Notes under the pieces: model-generated
Databases searched by the model: none
Seen by the model: the letters and a program-made list of their open reading frames with translations, nothing else
What the model was told of the DNA's origin: nothing
NCBI GenBank assembly: GCA_964016885.1
Contig: OZ024740.1
Coordinates: forward strand, 80,228,001 to 80,292,000
Length of the DNA stretch: 64,000 nucleotides
Direction: 5' to 3'
Origin: Eledone cirrhosa
Taxonomy: Eukaryota
Part shown: piece by piece, positions 13,515 through 28,335 of the stretch
How the letters are laid out: every line of letters starts with the position of its first letter
Numbering within the stretch: position 1 is the stretch's first letter
Program-made: the position numbers and the translations under genes

Positions 13515-13515
<1 letters not shown>
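11673..13515. repeat. Nested tandem/inverted repeat complex between (TA)n tracts, including family A palindrome 12421-12611
   Basis: 11720-12178 repeated at 12875-13340; 11674-11716 repeated at 12361; 12316-12402 inverted at 12628-12716; 12950-13122 inverted at 13345-13515. Confidence 0.9.
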
Positions 13516-13548
<33 letters not shown>

Positions 13549-13551
13549 GGT

Positions 13552-13634
<83 letters not shown>

Positions 13635-13654
13635 GATATAGATATATATATATT

Positions 13655-14838
13655 ATCTAGGGCGGGTAAAATTCCCGAGATCCATGGATGAGTTCTCTCC
13701 AGCGATCTCTGTCCCTCATTATCGCTGCCATGTCCTGCGTCTCCAACAGACCAGTGTGTCTGTCCTAGGGCATCAACATACGTTAACCTTGGTCTTCCTC
13801 TTCCAGTGTGTCCATGTCAACTCTGGATGTCGGTGAGCTTGTCCAGCTAACCTCTGTGTCACTTTTGAGCTGACTTTTGGGAGGCTCCTATACAGCTTTG
13901 AGTTTTTCATCCTCAGTGTATACTGATTAATGTTCAGAGCCATCCTCAGCATTCTCTTGTAGCACCCATCCACCATCTGAGTGAGTTTCTTGGTCAGTGT
14001 CCAAGTCTCAGACCCGTACAGCAGCACAGACTCCACTACAGCCATCACCAGGATGATTCTTAGCAGGATCCAGCCTGAGATGGAGAAGAAGCTCAGGGAC
14101 AAACAGAACGGTTTCAGAGAGGGAAGATCAACCACTAGTCACATCCTGATGCTGAGGAGGATATTAGAGGGAGCTAGAGCAATGTGCTTTCCTGCGGTCA
14201 TGGTTTTCATTGACTTTAGGAAGGCTTTTGATTCTGTGGACCGTCACTGCCTAATGAAGATCTTACAGGCTTATGGAATCCCCAAGAAGATAGTGGACCT
14301 GATATCACTGATCTACACCAACACCAAAGCCCAAGTTATTACACCTGATTGGATGACAGAGTTCTTTGAGATACTGGCTGGAGTACTCCAGGGAGATACA
14401 TTGGCTCCCTACCTTTTTATCATCGTAGTGGACTATTGTATGCGCCTTGCACTGGAGAAACACCAGGACTCTGGCTTTACTGTAGCACCGGCTCAGAGCA
14501 GGAGAGTTAAGGCGAAAAAGATATAGGATGCTGAATTTGCCGACGACATAGTTTTGGTGACAAATACAGTGAAGGAGGCAGAGGATTTGATGCAGGAGGT
14601 TGAGACTGTGTCAATGAGTGTGGGGCTGAGAATGAATGAGACTAAAACAAAATATCTGGTAGAGAATGTTGAGAAGCCAGAGGGGATCACTAATGTAGGC
14701 GGGAAGCCACTAGAATTGGTTGAGGGCTTCCTGTATTTGGGAGCAAAGATCGGGAATACGGAAGATGATGTGGTTGAGAGGAAGAGCAAAGCCTGGGCGG
14801 TGTGCCACAGCTTGAGATCGATGTGGAAGTCGGACCTT
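13655..14838. mobile_element. RTE-clade LINE copy with 5' inversion (3' end on minus 13655-14045; RT segment on plus 14046-14838)
   Basis: Same family as 41091-43897; FIDFRKAFDSV, GVLQGDTLAP, EFADD on plus; VESVLLYGSETW on minus. Confidence 0.92.
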
Positions 14839-14839
14839 C

Positions 14840-14883
<44 letters not shown>

Positions 14884-14944
14884 GAAGAAATGGAAAAGAA
14901 TGAAACGAAATTTCATTTCTCACTCTTAGTACGGCTGATACTTA

Positions 14945-15442
<498 letters not shown>

Positions 15443-15556
15443 TATATATAGTACAGTTTACATCTACCAAATTTCCCTCACTAGTCAATCCGAGGAGGAT
15501 ATAGATGATGTACCACAGGAACATCATGCAAATTTCCGACCCGCACAACTATGCCT

Positions 15557-15588
<32 letters not shown>

Positions 15589-15999
15589 CCATGCATATAT
15601 ATATATATATATGCATATACATATATACACATATACATATATATATATATATATATATATTCATACACATATATACACATGCATACATATACACACACAT
15701 ATGTATGTATGTATGTATATATGTGTTTTTGTGAGTCTGTGTGTCTGTATGTTATTTAAATATTCCATTTATATTCATTATCTCTGGGGTTGTTTGCAAT
15801 CTGTACTTTCAGACGAGAAAATTTAATTGATTTTCAATGTTATATACGATAAATAATTATTTCACAGTATTTTATAAGAAAGTATCTATATACACCATAT
15901 ACATACATACATGTACGCATATGTATAGACAAATATATAACTGTGTACGTGTTTATATATATATGTATATAGATAGCTCATACATAGATACATACATGC

Positions 16000-16032
<33 letters not shown>

Positions 16033-16844
16033 TGTATGTATGTATGTATGTATGTATGTATGTATGTATGTATGTATGCCCATATCATTGTGCGCGTGTG
16101 TGTGTGAGTGTGTGTGTGAGTGTGTGTGTTTGTGTTTGTGTGTGAGGATGACGCGGTGGTTAGGTGTTTCTTAGAAAAAATCTATACAAAATGAAAACAA
16201 AATTGCCAATAGAAACAACAACAAAAACAACAACAACAACAACAACAACAGCAATAACAATAACAACTCAACATTTCAACAGTGAGGAATGATAGAGATT
16301 AATATGTATTTTCCAAACATTTTATCATATATCAAATACTTACTTGTTTAAATTTCATAGAGATAAAGAAAATTTTTGTCATGTATTTTAAGAAAGCACA
16401 CATACTCTTTATATGTATGCAAGCATCACATTCAATAATTTTCTTTCCCAGAAACATCAAACATAACTCCGAACACCATAGGTGTTCCATATATACACTT
16501 TCACTCATACACATATTTCGATGATAAATATTTGTGGTGATAAAAAACACTTGCCATGAATCAAATCGTTTAATTTAGCTAACACGTATCGTATATTGGC
16601 AAGATTGTTAGAGCATCTAGCAATATGCTTTGCGGTATTTTGCGGTATTTTGCTTTGCGGTATTGGCTGATTTCATATCCCGCCCAGGTTAACATTGCCT
16701 TTTGTTCTTCTGAGGTCAATAAAACAAAGTACCAGATTTAATCGACTTTTTCCTCAATATCAATTTAACCATCAAGGTATTTGATATCAACAAATCAATT
16801 TAACATGATCGATAAGATACACATATTTATTGTTCGGGAAGACA

Positions 16845-17100
16845 CGTTAGCTTAATAGTTAGGGTGTTCGGCTCGCGATTGTAAGGTCATCAGTTCGATT
16901 CCACCCGGTGCATTGTGTCCTTAAGCAAGAAAAAATGTTCATGTTACTTCAGTTCTTTCAGCTGGCAAAAATGAGTTGTAAGTGTAATTCAAAGGGCCAG
17001 GCTTATCATATCCCGTTTCACATTGAATCTCCCATAGAACTACATTAATGGTACACGTGTTTGTAGAATACTAAGCCATTCACTCGTTAATCTCACGAGC
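16845..17100 (+). mobile_element. tRNA-derived SINE (second family), degenerate
   Basis: A-box-like tagcttaatagttag, B-box gttcgattcc; related copies at 18372-18660 (-) and 31994-32150 (+). Confidence 0.65.
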
Positions 17101-17288
17101 GAAACACTATATCACCTAACAGTTGAATAATGTTTGCGGCCATATCGTATTGGCAATATTTCATCAGATAAAAGCATAGGGTGGACACAGGGAAACATTA
17201 TATTCTTAAATGATTTTGTTGAATTACTGTATTCATTTGAACAATAAAGTCCTACTCTGGTTTTTAACTTTATCTATATATTTTCTAT

Positions 17289-17560
17289 AGGCGGCGAATT
17301 TTCAGAGTGGCTAGAACGTCGGATAGAAGGCTTTATGATATTACTTCCGGCTCAAATCCCGCTGAGTTCAAATCCCGCTGAGGTCAACTTTGTCTCTCCT
17401 CCTTTCGAGGTTTATAAAAAAAGAGCCAGTCTAGTATTGGGGTCGATTCTTCCTCTATATCTCTTTCTCACTTCCTCCTTCTCATTTTTTATCTTTCTCT
17501 GGAAGAAATCTGATGTACTCAGACCTGGAGAGAGATAGGCTACGCTAGGCTTAAAATGCC
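17289..17560 (+). mobile_element. Major-SINE-related copy with a different tail (related copy 38995-39300)
   Basis: gagttcaaatcccgctgaggtcaacttt; tail aagaaatctgatgta..acctgga shared with ~39210. Confidence 0.65.
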
Positions 17561-17799
17561 CAAGAAACGCCGTATGTCACTACTGCGCCTCTATGATTCT
17601 ATCAAGAGTTACGGGATCAAGAAAAAGAAAGAATATATTGTCGATTTCAGCAGTGTCACCAGTTTCATAGATGAGGATGTTTGCAAGAATCTCTCACTGC
17701 TAATATTTCAGCAATGTCTTTGAATTTTCTTGGCAGACTGATTTTTTTTTTGTCTTTCTATATTTCCAACACCACTGGATGAAAACGTATATATAAATT

Positions 17800-17960
17800 T
17801 GAAATTAGAATTATAAGCTTTCGTTGTATTTTAACTACATAATGTTTGTCTAATAAACCCCCCATAATATAAAAACTAAGCATCAGCTTATATGCCCAGT
17901 TATTAGACTATTTTCTGTAGTCAAAATACGGTGAAAGCATTTAATTCTATTTTAAAAATT
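17800..17960. repeat. Degenerate family A palindrome
   Basis: aagctttcgttgtatttt...gtcaaaatacggtgaaagc resembles 12421-12611. Confidence 0.6.
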
Positions 17961-18270
17961 TCTATCACTGTTGTATACTAAAACACACATGCTGATGTAC
18001 ACATAAATGCTTTGTCTAACTTGTGTTCCTCTATAATTCTGGAACATGATTCCTTCAACAACACCACTCTGTTATTATTGAACTTGGGAGATCATTAAAC
18101 AATCTTAATGTTCCTCGGTTTGTTGTACTTTCTTCCTACTTTTCCCATCTTTACAATTCTTTGAGGGAAATTACTAATAAATGTCACCGCTTTTCTCCAC
18201 TTGAGGAAATAAGAAAGAAATTAAACAGCTTGATAATGGCGTTATTGAACCCCCAGTCACTTCATGGTGT

Positions 18271-18312
<42 letters not shown>

Positions 18313-18371
18313 AGAAACAGTGGTAAATAACATCTCGTATTCAACTATTCACAAAGGATAGATCACTTTTA

Positions 18372-18660
18372 AACCGGCACTCCGTCGGTTACGACGACGA
18401 GTGTCCCAGTTGATTTGATCAACGGAACAGCCGTCTCATGAAATTATCGTTCAAGTAGCTGAGATTACACAAATCCGTATATCCTTAACGTAGTTCTAAG
18501 GGAGATTCAGCGTGACACAGAATGTAACAAAGCTGGCCCTCCGAAAACAGGTACAGCTCTGATTGGACTGTAGCAACTGGAAATAAAGTGTCATGATTAA
18601 GGACACAACACGGCGCCGTAAGATCACAAGTCGAATACCCTAATTACTAAACCACGCACC
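18372..18660 (-). mobile_element. tRNA-derived SINE (second family)
   Basis: Reverse-complement similarity to 16845-17100. Confidence 0.65.
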
Positions 18661-18675
18661 ATCGATAGATAAATA

Positions 18676-18855
18676 ATTGTTTCTACTTTTGGCACAAGGA
18701 CAGCAATTATCCCAGTGCATTACCGGTACTTTATTTTATCGACCCCGTAAGGATGAAAGGCAAAATTAACCTCGGCGGGATTTGAATTCAGAACGGAAAG
18801 AGACATAACTCTACGCTGCAAAGCATGGTGTCTGACGCTCTACCGATACGGTCAA
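18676..18855 (-). mobile_element. Major SINE copy
   Basis: Near-identical to other copies. Confidence 0.85.
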
Positions 18856-19146
18856 TGCTTTGTAGATGCCTATCCACTTCTTAAAGATCTCGAGTGTTCT
18901 ACCGGGAAGGATTGATCAGCAAACACCTTCGTTAATTACCCAACGCCTACTCATGCTAAACAACTTCATTAATTATCCAACGCTTACTCATAAAAAACAA
19001 CTTGTAAGTTTGTTCAATTACAAGTCTAAATGTATGTCACCTTTCTCAGAACCAATCCTTCAAGTAATACATTAATTTTCCATTGCAAAACGACATCTAA
19101 AATTCACTCTCTTAAAACACACATTAATACATAGATATACATACGC

Positions 19147-19341
19147 ACAAACATACATACATATAATTTTTTCTACTTTAGGCACAAGGCCAGCAATTAT
19201 CCAGTACATTACTGGTACTTTATTTTATCGACCCCGTAAGGATGAAAAGCAAAGTCAACCTCGGCGGGATTTGAACTCAGATCGTAAAGGGACGTAACTA
19301 TGCTGGAAAGCATGGCGTCCGACCCTCTACCGATACTGCCA
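19147..19341 (-). mobile_element. Major SINE copy
   Basis: Near-identical to 22278-22455 and 52487-52677. Confidence 0.85.
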
Positions 19342-20199
19342 AACATCTAGACACATGCTCGAAGATATGCAAAGCCACAAACGTGCATGCAAATACTCAA
19401 ATACATACACATTAGCCAATTCTTGGAATATTGAAACATATATAGACTGATAGATATTTAGAGAGGTTTTGTTATGTTAGTTGTGTTGTTGTTGGTTGGA
19501 ATTAGTCCGTTGTTCATTGTGGCGTGGCCTGAATGTTTGTAGTAGTAAAGCTTCGCTTGATTGGTGTATGTGAAAGTTGACCAGTCTCATATAAAGCGCT
19601 GTTTGTAAAATGCCGAAGTGACTGAACAATAAACAAAACCCACTACTTTAATAATGTTATTACTTAATGACGTTCTACGAGGTTATTGTGATAACATAGG
19701 AAAACATGAAAACAACGATATTCACAGTTGCATTGTGTGATGTGTATGAGTGTGAGTATAGTCTGAAATGATGTATGGCACTAACTATTGTTGAAGTCAA
19801 ATAGGAATACAGCTGCCCCGGCCCGCTGGACGGGAGGGCCAAAGGGAGTGTCTGTTTGATAACTAAATTGTTCTGCTTTTGATGGAACCAACTGATGCTT
19901 CGTCAGTCAAGATCAGAATGAATTTTATGAAACCATAACAATCTCCCAATTATCAGCAGATGACCTCCAGTTGGCCATTTCTCTAAACAATCCCGAATAA
20001 ATGAACTGAATATCTTTGGGGCCGAAAGGTCAGCATGTATGGGCACACTGACCTACTAAACCAACCGGGGAACAAAGGTTCAAATTAAACCGATTGCATT
20101 CGCTACAGATATATATTTGCACAGACACACATACTCACATGTACATACTTATATACATACATCTGGGAAAGTCATCTGGGAGAGACTTGATAGTTAGTT

Positions 20200-22540
20200 A
20201 CTGGTATCATAAGGTTTTGTTTTACAGAATGGTATGTTAAAAGCAATGCATGTTGTAATTGATGTACCAGATTGACTGGCAGTGGCACAGAAAAAACATG
20301 GGCTTTAGAACCAAGAACAAATTATTACCAAGAATCACAGGCCTATGAAATGCTTGCATGTCATATATAAATTGTACACAAGTTATTTGAATGTGTTTCT
20401 ACAAGCTCACTGCCAAACAATGTGGTGACAGACAAGCAGACATCAGTGGTTTACTGAACAGTTCCAAACATCCAACCTTGCATTTCTAGTAACCACGATT
20501 GGTTAAAGTTCCATCTGCCATAATGAAAACAGCCGAAAGATTTACTGTTATGCAGTTCACTCAGTTGTAGCAAAAAACTACAACCATAACTATAATCACA
20601 TACAGAATTGAATATAGACAAGGATATTCCAAGGTGACAGCTTATCTGTAATGCTAACCATTCTGGCAATGAACCTTTTGCAAGCTCTGCAGAGGAAATA
20701 AGTTTACATGCTAGACTCTGCAAAAAAGAGGAAGGCAAATGTCTCACACACCTTTTTCATCATTGACCTTGTATTCAAGAAATATTCACAGCACCATATG
20801 TTATCACGGGACGAAAGAATGGAGTTTGGTTCGAAAAGTGCTCATATTTGATAGTCAATCGAGGAAATATTGTAGATATAAACGAATTGTCTTACTACAA
20901 CTGACGAAATGTATATAAGGCGGAGTTGTCTGGATTAAATTATCCCACAGACTATAATGCGTTTGCAGTGTCAGTGCCAGTACCAACATTTGAGATACTA
21001 TACTGGACACTTAATGAGATTTAAAATTTGGAATCTAAACTAGGAAGATGCTAAACATTTCTCGTATCTATCAGACCAACAGTGACACCAACAGGATCTA
21101 TGTTCGATAGGGAGATAAAGACAGGCATAAGATCAGTTTAAATTACCTTTTAGTGTCACATCTATCCCTCACACACCACCTGCTGAATATTAAAAGGCGG
21201 AAGAAATACATCACATCCGCACTGAACTGTAAAACTAACAGCATTTTGAGCGTAGGTGAAGAGCTCTTGAACAAGTACTCAGAGTTCACAACTGTTTCAT
21301 GTGACCCAAAGGTAGCTGGAATAATATACTTAAACAGAAGGCCGGAGGAAAAAACACTCGTCACATGGGTACATATATGACAACCAGAGGACATCAATAG
21401 CAATGACAGAAAGAGTTGTCTCTCCCGAATCTGTGTTAGATGCATCACATCCCACTTGGAAGGATATGGATTCGTTATTCAGGAACAAGAGAGAGCTACT
21501 ATATATCAGACCAATAAGATATATAAGAAAGCCTCCGAACCTCTCTGTGGTGATAGAATAAATGTGGAAAATGCTAGGCTCATGTGGAAAATGTCACTCT
21601 CATCGCCAGCAGTTGTTCAAAATGTCCAACTACTTTTCCACGAAACATTATATAGCACAACTATTATTTACAGTGTTATCCACAAGATATATTGCCTTGA
21701 TAGTCATGCTTAATGAATACCAGACCCAAAATGAATCAATACATTTAATATTAGAGAATATTGGTAGAGCATTCCTATAAAAAGAGTAATCCGGTACAAA
21801 CACAATCGATCTGATATAGTTCCATGGGTCAGTGAACAAAATGATGGACTATTGATGGATCAGCTGTCTAGCGAATGTGAATACTTCATCTAAAGTAAAG
21901 GAAATAGAAGACATATATTGTGATTTAACGTGGAACTTGTAGTTCCTGTATTCTGATTATATATATATTCACATTTGTCAGCCACATTATAACCAGCTGT
22001 TCGAAGATGTCATCACGGTACTGATAAGGCATGATATAGTGGCCAAAACCCTGTATAATACAATACGTAAAAGGATAGTCCTGAAGATGAAAATGTAGAA
22101 AAAGTTACGGCGATGTGGAAAGCATACTCCCACATAATATGAAATGGTACTGCTGAAATGTTCCTGACGAAAACCTTTGTAAAACGTTGACCTAACATAT
22201 CAGATATAATGATATGGGACAGTAAAAAAAAAAGGCATGCACAGTAGTGGAAATCAGCTACTCAGTAGATACTAATACAATTGTTTCTACTTTAGGCACA
22301 AGGCCAGCAAATACCCAGTACATTACTGGTACTTTATTTTATCGACCCCGTAAGGATGAAAGGCAAAGTTAACCTCGGCGGGATTTGAACTCAGACTGTA
22401 AAGGGACGTAACTATGCTAGAAAGCATGGCGTCCAACCCTCTACCGATACTGCCAACTAATATAATGTCAAAGATTAGTCAAAAGGGCGATATATATGTC
22501 AAACTAATGAGAAACCTGCGGTTATTTCATCTTGACTATA
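20200..22540 (+). mobile_element. Heavily decayed R4/Dong-like LINE interrupted by a SINE
   Basis: Remnants resembling NHRPMKCL..YKLYTS, EGYGFVIQEQE, PDIMIWD..CTVVEIS. Confidence 0.55.
22278..22455 (-). mobile_element. Major SINE copy
   Basis: Near-identical to other copies; flanked by actaata direct repeats. Confidence 0.85.
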
Positions 22541-24221
22541 CTTTTATTTACAAGTACAATCCTTTAATGGAACTGTAAAAGTATGTAAAATATCGCAGAA
22601 GTTTTGCACGTAATAACTGCACATCACACTCATAGATATGGAAACAATTATATGTTCCCATATAAATCAAAACGTACAGATCTATACACGCAAGGATATC
22701 CATACCCGCACACATGCACTCAAGCAGATATAAATACATAATTAACTAATTGATGTTGTCTAAATTCTAATGAAAGAGCTTTGTTTCTAGGTTACAATCC
22801 GGCTCGCTCTCTCTATCTATTTTTCATCTCTCTGTCTCTGTCTCTCTCTATCTCTCTTGTCTATCGCTGTCCCTCCCTCTATTGGTGTGAAATTTTTCAA
22901 AAGGTAAAACGAGAATATGCATTCACAACTACCTACTTAACTACCTACCTACCATCACACCTATATGCATGCATACATATATGCATACATGTATATATTC
23001 ATAAATTCACATACATAGAATATAGATATTCTTATAAAGCGCGATATTGATTCATATGCTGAAAGAGTTGCAATAAATAGATAAATATACAAAAATAAAA
23101 TGATGAAATAAAAATGAAAATTTCAATTTAAAAACGTTTAATTTCACTACTTGTAGAAATGAGCTGTAGGCTAAAGTAGATAATTTAATATATGTTCTCG
23201 GTAATTTCAAATGTAATTGACAGATCTATGAATTTTAACCATGATTCTACGACTTCAGTAATTCGTCTATGGATACATTAGCCTCTTGTTATATCTGGAC
23301 CCCTTGTTATTTATGATATTGTTTAGACCCAGGACATTGGACGAGAATACTTATAAAGAAAAATGTTTTAGCCATTACTATCACGTCGTGTTTCGGAATA
23401 TATTCTCTTAAGTACAAACACATTTTCTACTTATAAAGATATTTGAGAACGATTTGAGGTAAATTTGCCTATTAATTCTAACAGCTCGAGCGACCACGTA
23501 GAGAATCGATCGTTTTCTCATATGTTACTCTGACTGGTATTGTTGTGTTTGATTTTGTTGTCGTTTAGTCTCAAACCAACGCTGTTGAATAGATCTCTAA
23601 TCAAACACACTGAATTCGTGGTCATCCATCTTTTACTTTTCAGACAGTGTGTCTATAACTACACTGTTCAACATCCAACATTCAATATATTGTTTCTGTT
23701 AAACAATTACGACGTCGAAAGTCTAGTTTTAAATTACTAAACTTATACAATTTATAATGCATTTATGCATGTCAAGTATGTTACGTTAGGGTAAAATATG
23801 CAAATGCCTTCCTTAACAAATGGATGAAAGGGTGTTCCTGGGCAGAAAGTAAAATTACAAATAATAAACGAATCTAATATCTTTCAATAATTGCTCAAAT
23901 CTATAATTAGTGATGAATCCTCCATCGGTTTTGATTATTCCATAATTCGATCAACTGAACGTTCACCTTGTGAATTAACATGTAAATGGATAAGTTTTGC
24001 ACAGGCACGTGTAGCCCTAAAATAACTCCAAAGCCAAATGAGCATGACATACTGTGTTTCAAGGCTGGAACTATGAATTACGAGTACAATTCATTCGACG
24101 GGCTTCTACATATACCCAATTTCCTCCATAAGGCTAAGGTAAACCCACTTGCCCAGGACACCTCATGATTGTGAAACGAACTTCTTAACCACTTAGCCAT
24201 GCCTACATACGGAAAGACAAC

Positions 24222-24632
24222 TAGCGGTAGAACGTCGGACAACATACTGTGTGGCATAGAGCTACGGCCCTTTGCGTTCTGAAATCAAATCCCGCCGAGA
24301 TTAACTTTGCTTTTCAGCCTTACGGAGTCGATATAATAAAATACCAGTAACGCACTGGTTTCGATTTAATCGACCCCCCCCCCACCAAAGACGTTGTTGG
24401 CCTTGTGCTTAAATCAGAAACCATTATTAGGAAAGAGTAGGGTAGTGGATTGGCAGTATCAGTAGAGGGTCGAACGCCATGTTTTGCAACATAGAGTTAC
24501 GGCCCTTTACGGTCTGAGTTCAAATCCCGCCGAGGTTAACTTTACCTTTCATCCTTACGGGGTCGATAAAATAAAGTACCAGTAATGTACTGGCTAATTG
24601 CTGGCCTTGTGCCAAAAGTAGAAACAATTATT
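24222..24632 (+). mobile_element. Two tandem major SINE copies
   Basis: Second copy flanked by TSD attattaggaaagag. Confidence 0.85.
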
Positions 24633-25721
24633 AGGAAAGAGATAACAGTAACATAAAGAGATAGAGCTGCATTAAATAATAGTCTAATTGTGTGCAACGA
24701 GTATCAATGTTTGGCTATTTTCTTCTTTCTGCATAATTCCACAGCGATCCAACAGGCTTCCGACTTTGTAGTATTTAGCCGGCAGCCAACAGACTACTGT
24801 CTACTCTATACTATCTACTTTACTATTTTTGTTGAACATTTTCTACATTTCATGGAAACGAGGAAGCAACAGGCAGTAAGACAACAAGGGGAGTATTCCA
24901 ATTTGATATTTTTTATTAACGTTTTACATTTCTACAGATGTTTGCATTACACATTTTGTTCTCATCGCACATTTAAGCAACCTTCCAAGGACGTTAAAAT
25001 GTTTTAGCTAGTAAAAACGTGAAAGCTTTTATCGTGTTTAAAAAGTGAAAGTTATATTTATCTTTTAGTATCAGAAATAAACCGATCTTTAAATAATTGT
25101 TTAAACCTAATATTATTTATTACAAGTGTCAAATAGATTTGATATCTTATAATAATTTTTCAAATCCATCATTAAGAAAAGCAAATTTTATTTTCATATT
25201 ACGTTGTCTTACGTTTCATATTACAAGTCTGAAGATATTATTCTTGCTTCATATTCTGGAAACGTCTATGGAATAAAATCGAAGAATTGAAGCAACAAAG
25301 GAAAGAATGAGATGATACAGACACATTGGGAGAAGAACAAAGACAAGAAATAAAGAGAAAGTTTTAGAGAAAGCCAATGGATATAGAGAACAAACATTAT
25401 AAAGCAGGAATTTGCTGCATACCTATAGCTTCAAAGGGAAAGTCAACAGATACGAAAAGAAACACCAGGAGTGGTAAACATTGAGCTGTATTTAAATGTC
25501 AACATGGATCAGTCAGTCGATCGATCGGTTGATCGATTGATCGAAAGAGAGAGAAAGAGAGAGAGGGAGAGAAGGGGAGAGGGGGAGAGCGAGTGAGGTA
25601 AAGTTAGAGATAGATAGAAAGATATACATATACATACACACACACACATACATATATATATGTGTGTGTGTGTGTGTGTGAGTATATGCACACATATATA
25701 TGTATAAGTACACATACTCTA

Positions 25722-25829
<108 letters not shown>

Positions 25830-26270
25830 TGAGAGAAGAAGAAGAAGAAGAAGAAGAAGAAGAAGAAGAAGAAGAAGAAGAAGAAGAAGAAGAAGAAGAA
25901 GAAGAAGAAATAAGTTGTAAGAAGGAATAGTGGGGAGAATAACAGGAAAAACTTGCAGAAAGGAATCGACTTCCGAGAGAAATCATGAACAAAGAACAGT
26001 TGCTTAATTTTAGAAAGTTTCAAAGACGTGTCAGAAACAATTTGGTGTTTCTATGACACGACATCAAAATGAACAAATTGCAGTTGAACCATACAACTGG
26101 ACAGATCTTGTCAACATAATGACTCATTGAGATATAAAAATAACTATCTAAACTGTAAGATAGAGTCGTTAAAACGTCCGATCAAATGCTTTGCAGTATT
26201 CATTCCAGCTTCTCTTGGAGTCGATAAATAAAGTACCTGTGTGATACTGATTACGGTTCTTCTTCTTCTT

Positions 26271-26301
<31 letters not shown>

Positions 26302-27008
26302 GAAGAAGAAGAAGAAGAAGAAGAAGAAGAAGAAATCGGCCGTGATAAAACCATCTTATTTTAAGGAATTGTACACTCAGGATTATATTATTCATCGTGT
26401 ACATTTTAAAAGATAGTAGAGTGTAATATGAGGTAAATATTGTTTTAGCAGATCTCCCCCTCTCTCCGTTCCTTTGTCTATGTATCTATCTTTTTATCTA
26501 TCTACTAACTCACACATAGGCACGCGTACACACACACACACACGCATAAATATATATATATATAACAGCTAGCAAACGTTGCTTTATTAAAAAATACACA
26601 ATTATGCTATAATTTAAATGTTGTGAATTGGTTTAATTGTTAAAACATTGGACAAAATATCTGTCAGACAAAACATCGGTCGATATTTAGTCACCTCCTT
26701 TTAAGACCTGAGATCAGCTTTATTTTCGTCCTCCAGAGATCTATTAAATAAAGTTCCAGTCAAGAAATGGTAGCTATTAATATTTCTTTAATGGAACTAT
26801 AATAGAAGACTAAATAAACCATTAGATTCTTTAAACATTTAAAAATAATTATTCAATTCCGGGGCTCATGCACGATTGTAGAGTTAAGGAGTTTGCTTTG
26901 TAATCAAGTGGTTACGTAGTTCTAGGTTTATTCTTACAGTACGGCACCTTGAGCAAGTGCATTCTACTATTGTCTCGGTTTAACCAATGCCTTATGAGTG
27001 GAATTTGG

Positions 27009-27120
<112 letters not shown>

Positions 27121-27346
27121 GGACACAAACGGCAGCTACAAACGGCTACATTGTTTCCTTCCACGACATATCCTATTTTCCTTCGGAAATCCCCCCTCGA
27201 TGGATGTGAAATCCGAAATATAGGGACGAATAAATCTCTTCCAAGGGTAAGTCAATCCTTGGTTTTCTTTTTACGCTTTTTTACGTATCTTTTTACGTCT
27301 TTTGATTTTACGTTTCTTTCTACTTTTCGCTTCTTCCAACTGCCAC

Positions 27347-27387
<41 letters not shown>

Positions 27388-27391
<4 letters not shown>

Positions 27392-27912
27392 ATAAAGAAT
27401 GAATAATAAAACAGGTAAACATCATGAGAAGGTAATTTATTCCGAGTGCTTACAAATGTTTCTTTAGTAGTTACACAGCCTAGTCATGCTATGTGCAAAT
27501 TCGTCGTTATTTATTTGCAGATACTCAATTTTCAAATGCTGTTTATCCTACTATGCCTTCAGAGCAAATGGCTAAAGTATGAAGTGCTCTGAAGACATGG
27601 TAGGATAAACAGCATTTGAAAATTGAGTATCTGCAAATAAATAACTACCAATTTGCACATAGCATGACTAGGCTGTGTAACTACTAAAGAAACATTTGTA
27701 AGCACTCAGAATAAATTACCTTTTTATGATGTCTACCTGCTTTATTATTCATTCTTTATCTACACTCCGGAATACAGAAGAATCGGAAACCGAGTTTCTT
27801 TGACTGTTCTTTCATAACTCGTTGAGTAACCCCTCACAGTACGTCAACTCTTTCTAGTGTAGTAATTAAGCATTACTGCATTCAGGATAATCCTAAGCAT
27901 TTCTTGCATAAC

Positions 27913-27915
<3 letters not shown>
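27388..27915. mobile_element. Palindromic hammerhead element, family F
   Basis: Arms 27388-27565 and 27586-27760 inverted, plus a unique 3' tail; (TA)n on both sides. Confidence 0.85.
27583..27706 (+). ncRNA. Type I hammerhead with long stem II insertion (family F)
   Basis: agtgct-CTGAAGA-catggtag...ctactaaa-GAA-ACA tt TGT-A-agcact; mirror copy on minus has CTGAAGG. Confidence 0.75.
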
Positions 27916-27942
<27 letters not shown>

Positions 27943-27949
<7 letters not shown>

Positions 27950-28127
27950 TAAAATAACAGATTAAAGTTTAAGCAACGAATCGCTGAAAGCAGCGATTCT
28001 TTGCTTAAACTTTAATCTGTTATTTTAATAAATATTTGCTCTACGGTTCTTATATATTTGATATATATTTATCCTTATCGAGCCCTCTTTGGATTTTAGT
28101 CTTCAAATTTATTATTATTACTATTAT

Positions 28128-28216
<89 letters not shown>

Positions 28217-28301
28217 TTTATTAAAATAACAGATTAAAGTTAAAACAAAGAATCGCTGCTTTCACCTTTAACGGGATCTTCTGAAACTTTATTATTATTA
28301 T

Positions 28302-28307
<6 letters not shown>
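27943..28307. mobile_element. Two short family B palindromic/inverted insertions in (TA)n
   Basis: Both start tatttattaaaataacag and end ttattattattacta, as other family B copies do. Confidence 0.85.

Positions 28308-28331
<24 letters not shown>

Positions 28332-28335
<4 letters not shown>

Noticed and set aside
22079-22130. CTGAAGA...GAAAGC as a hammerhead
   Set aside because: No stem I, II or III pairing; lies in a decayed LINE
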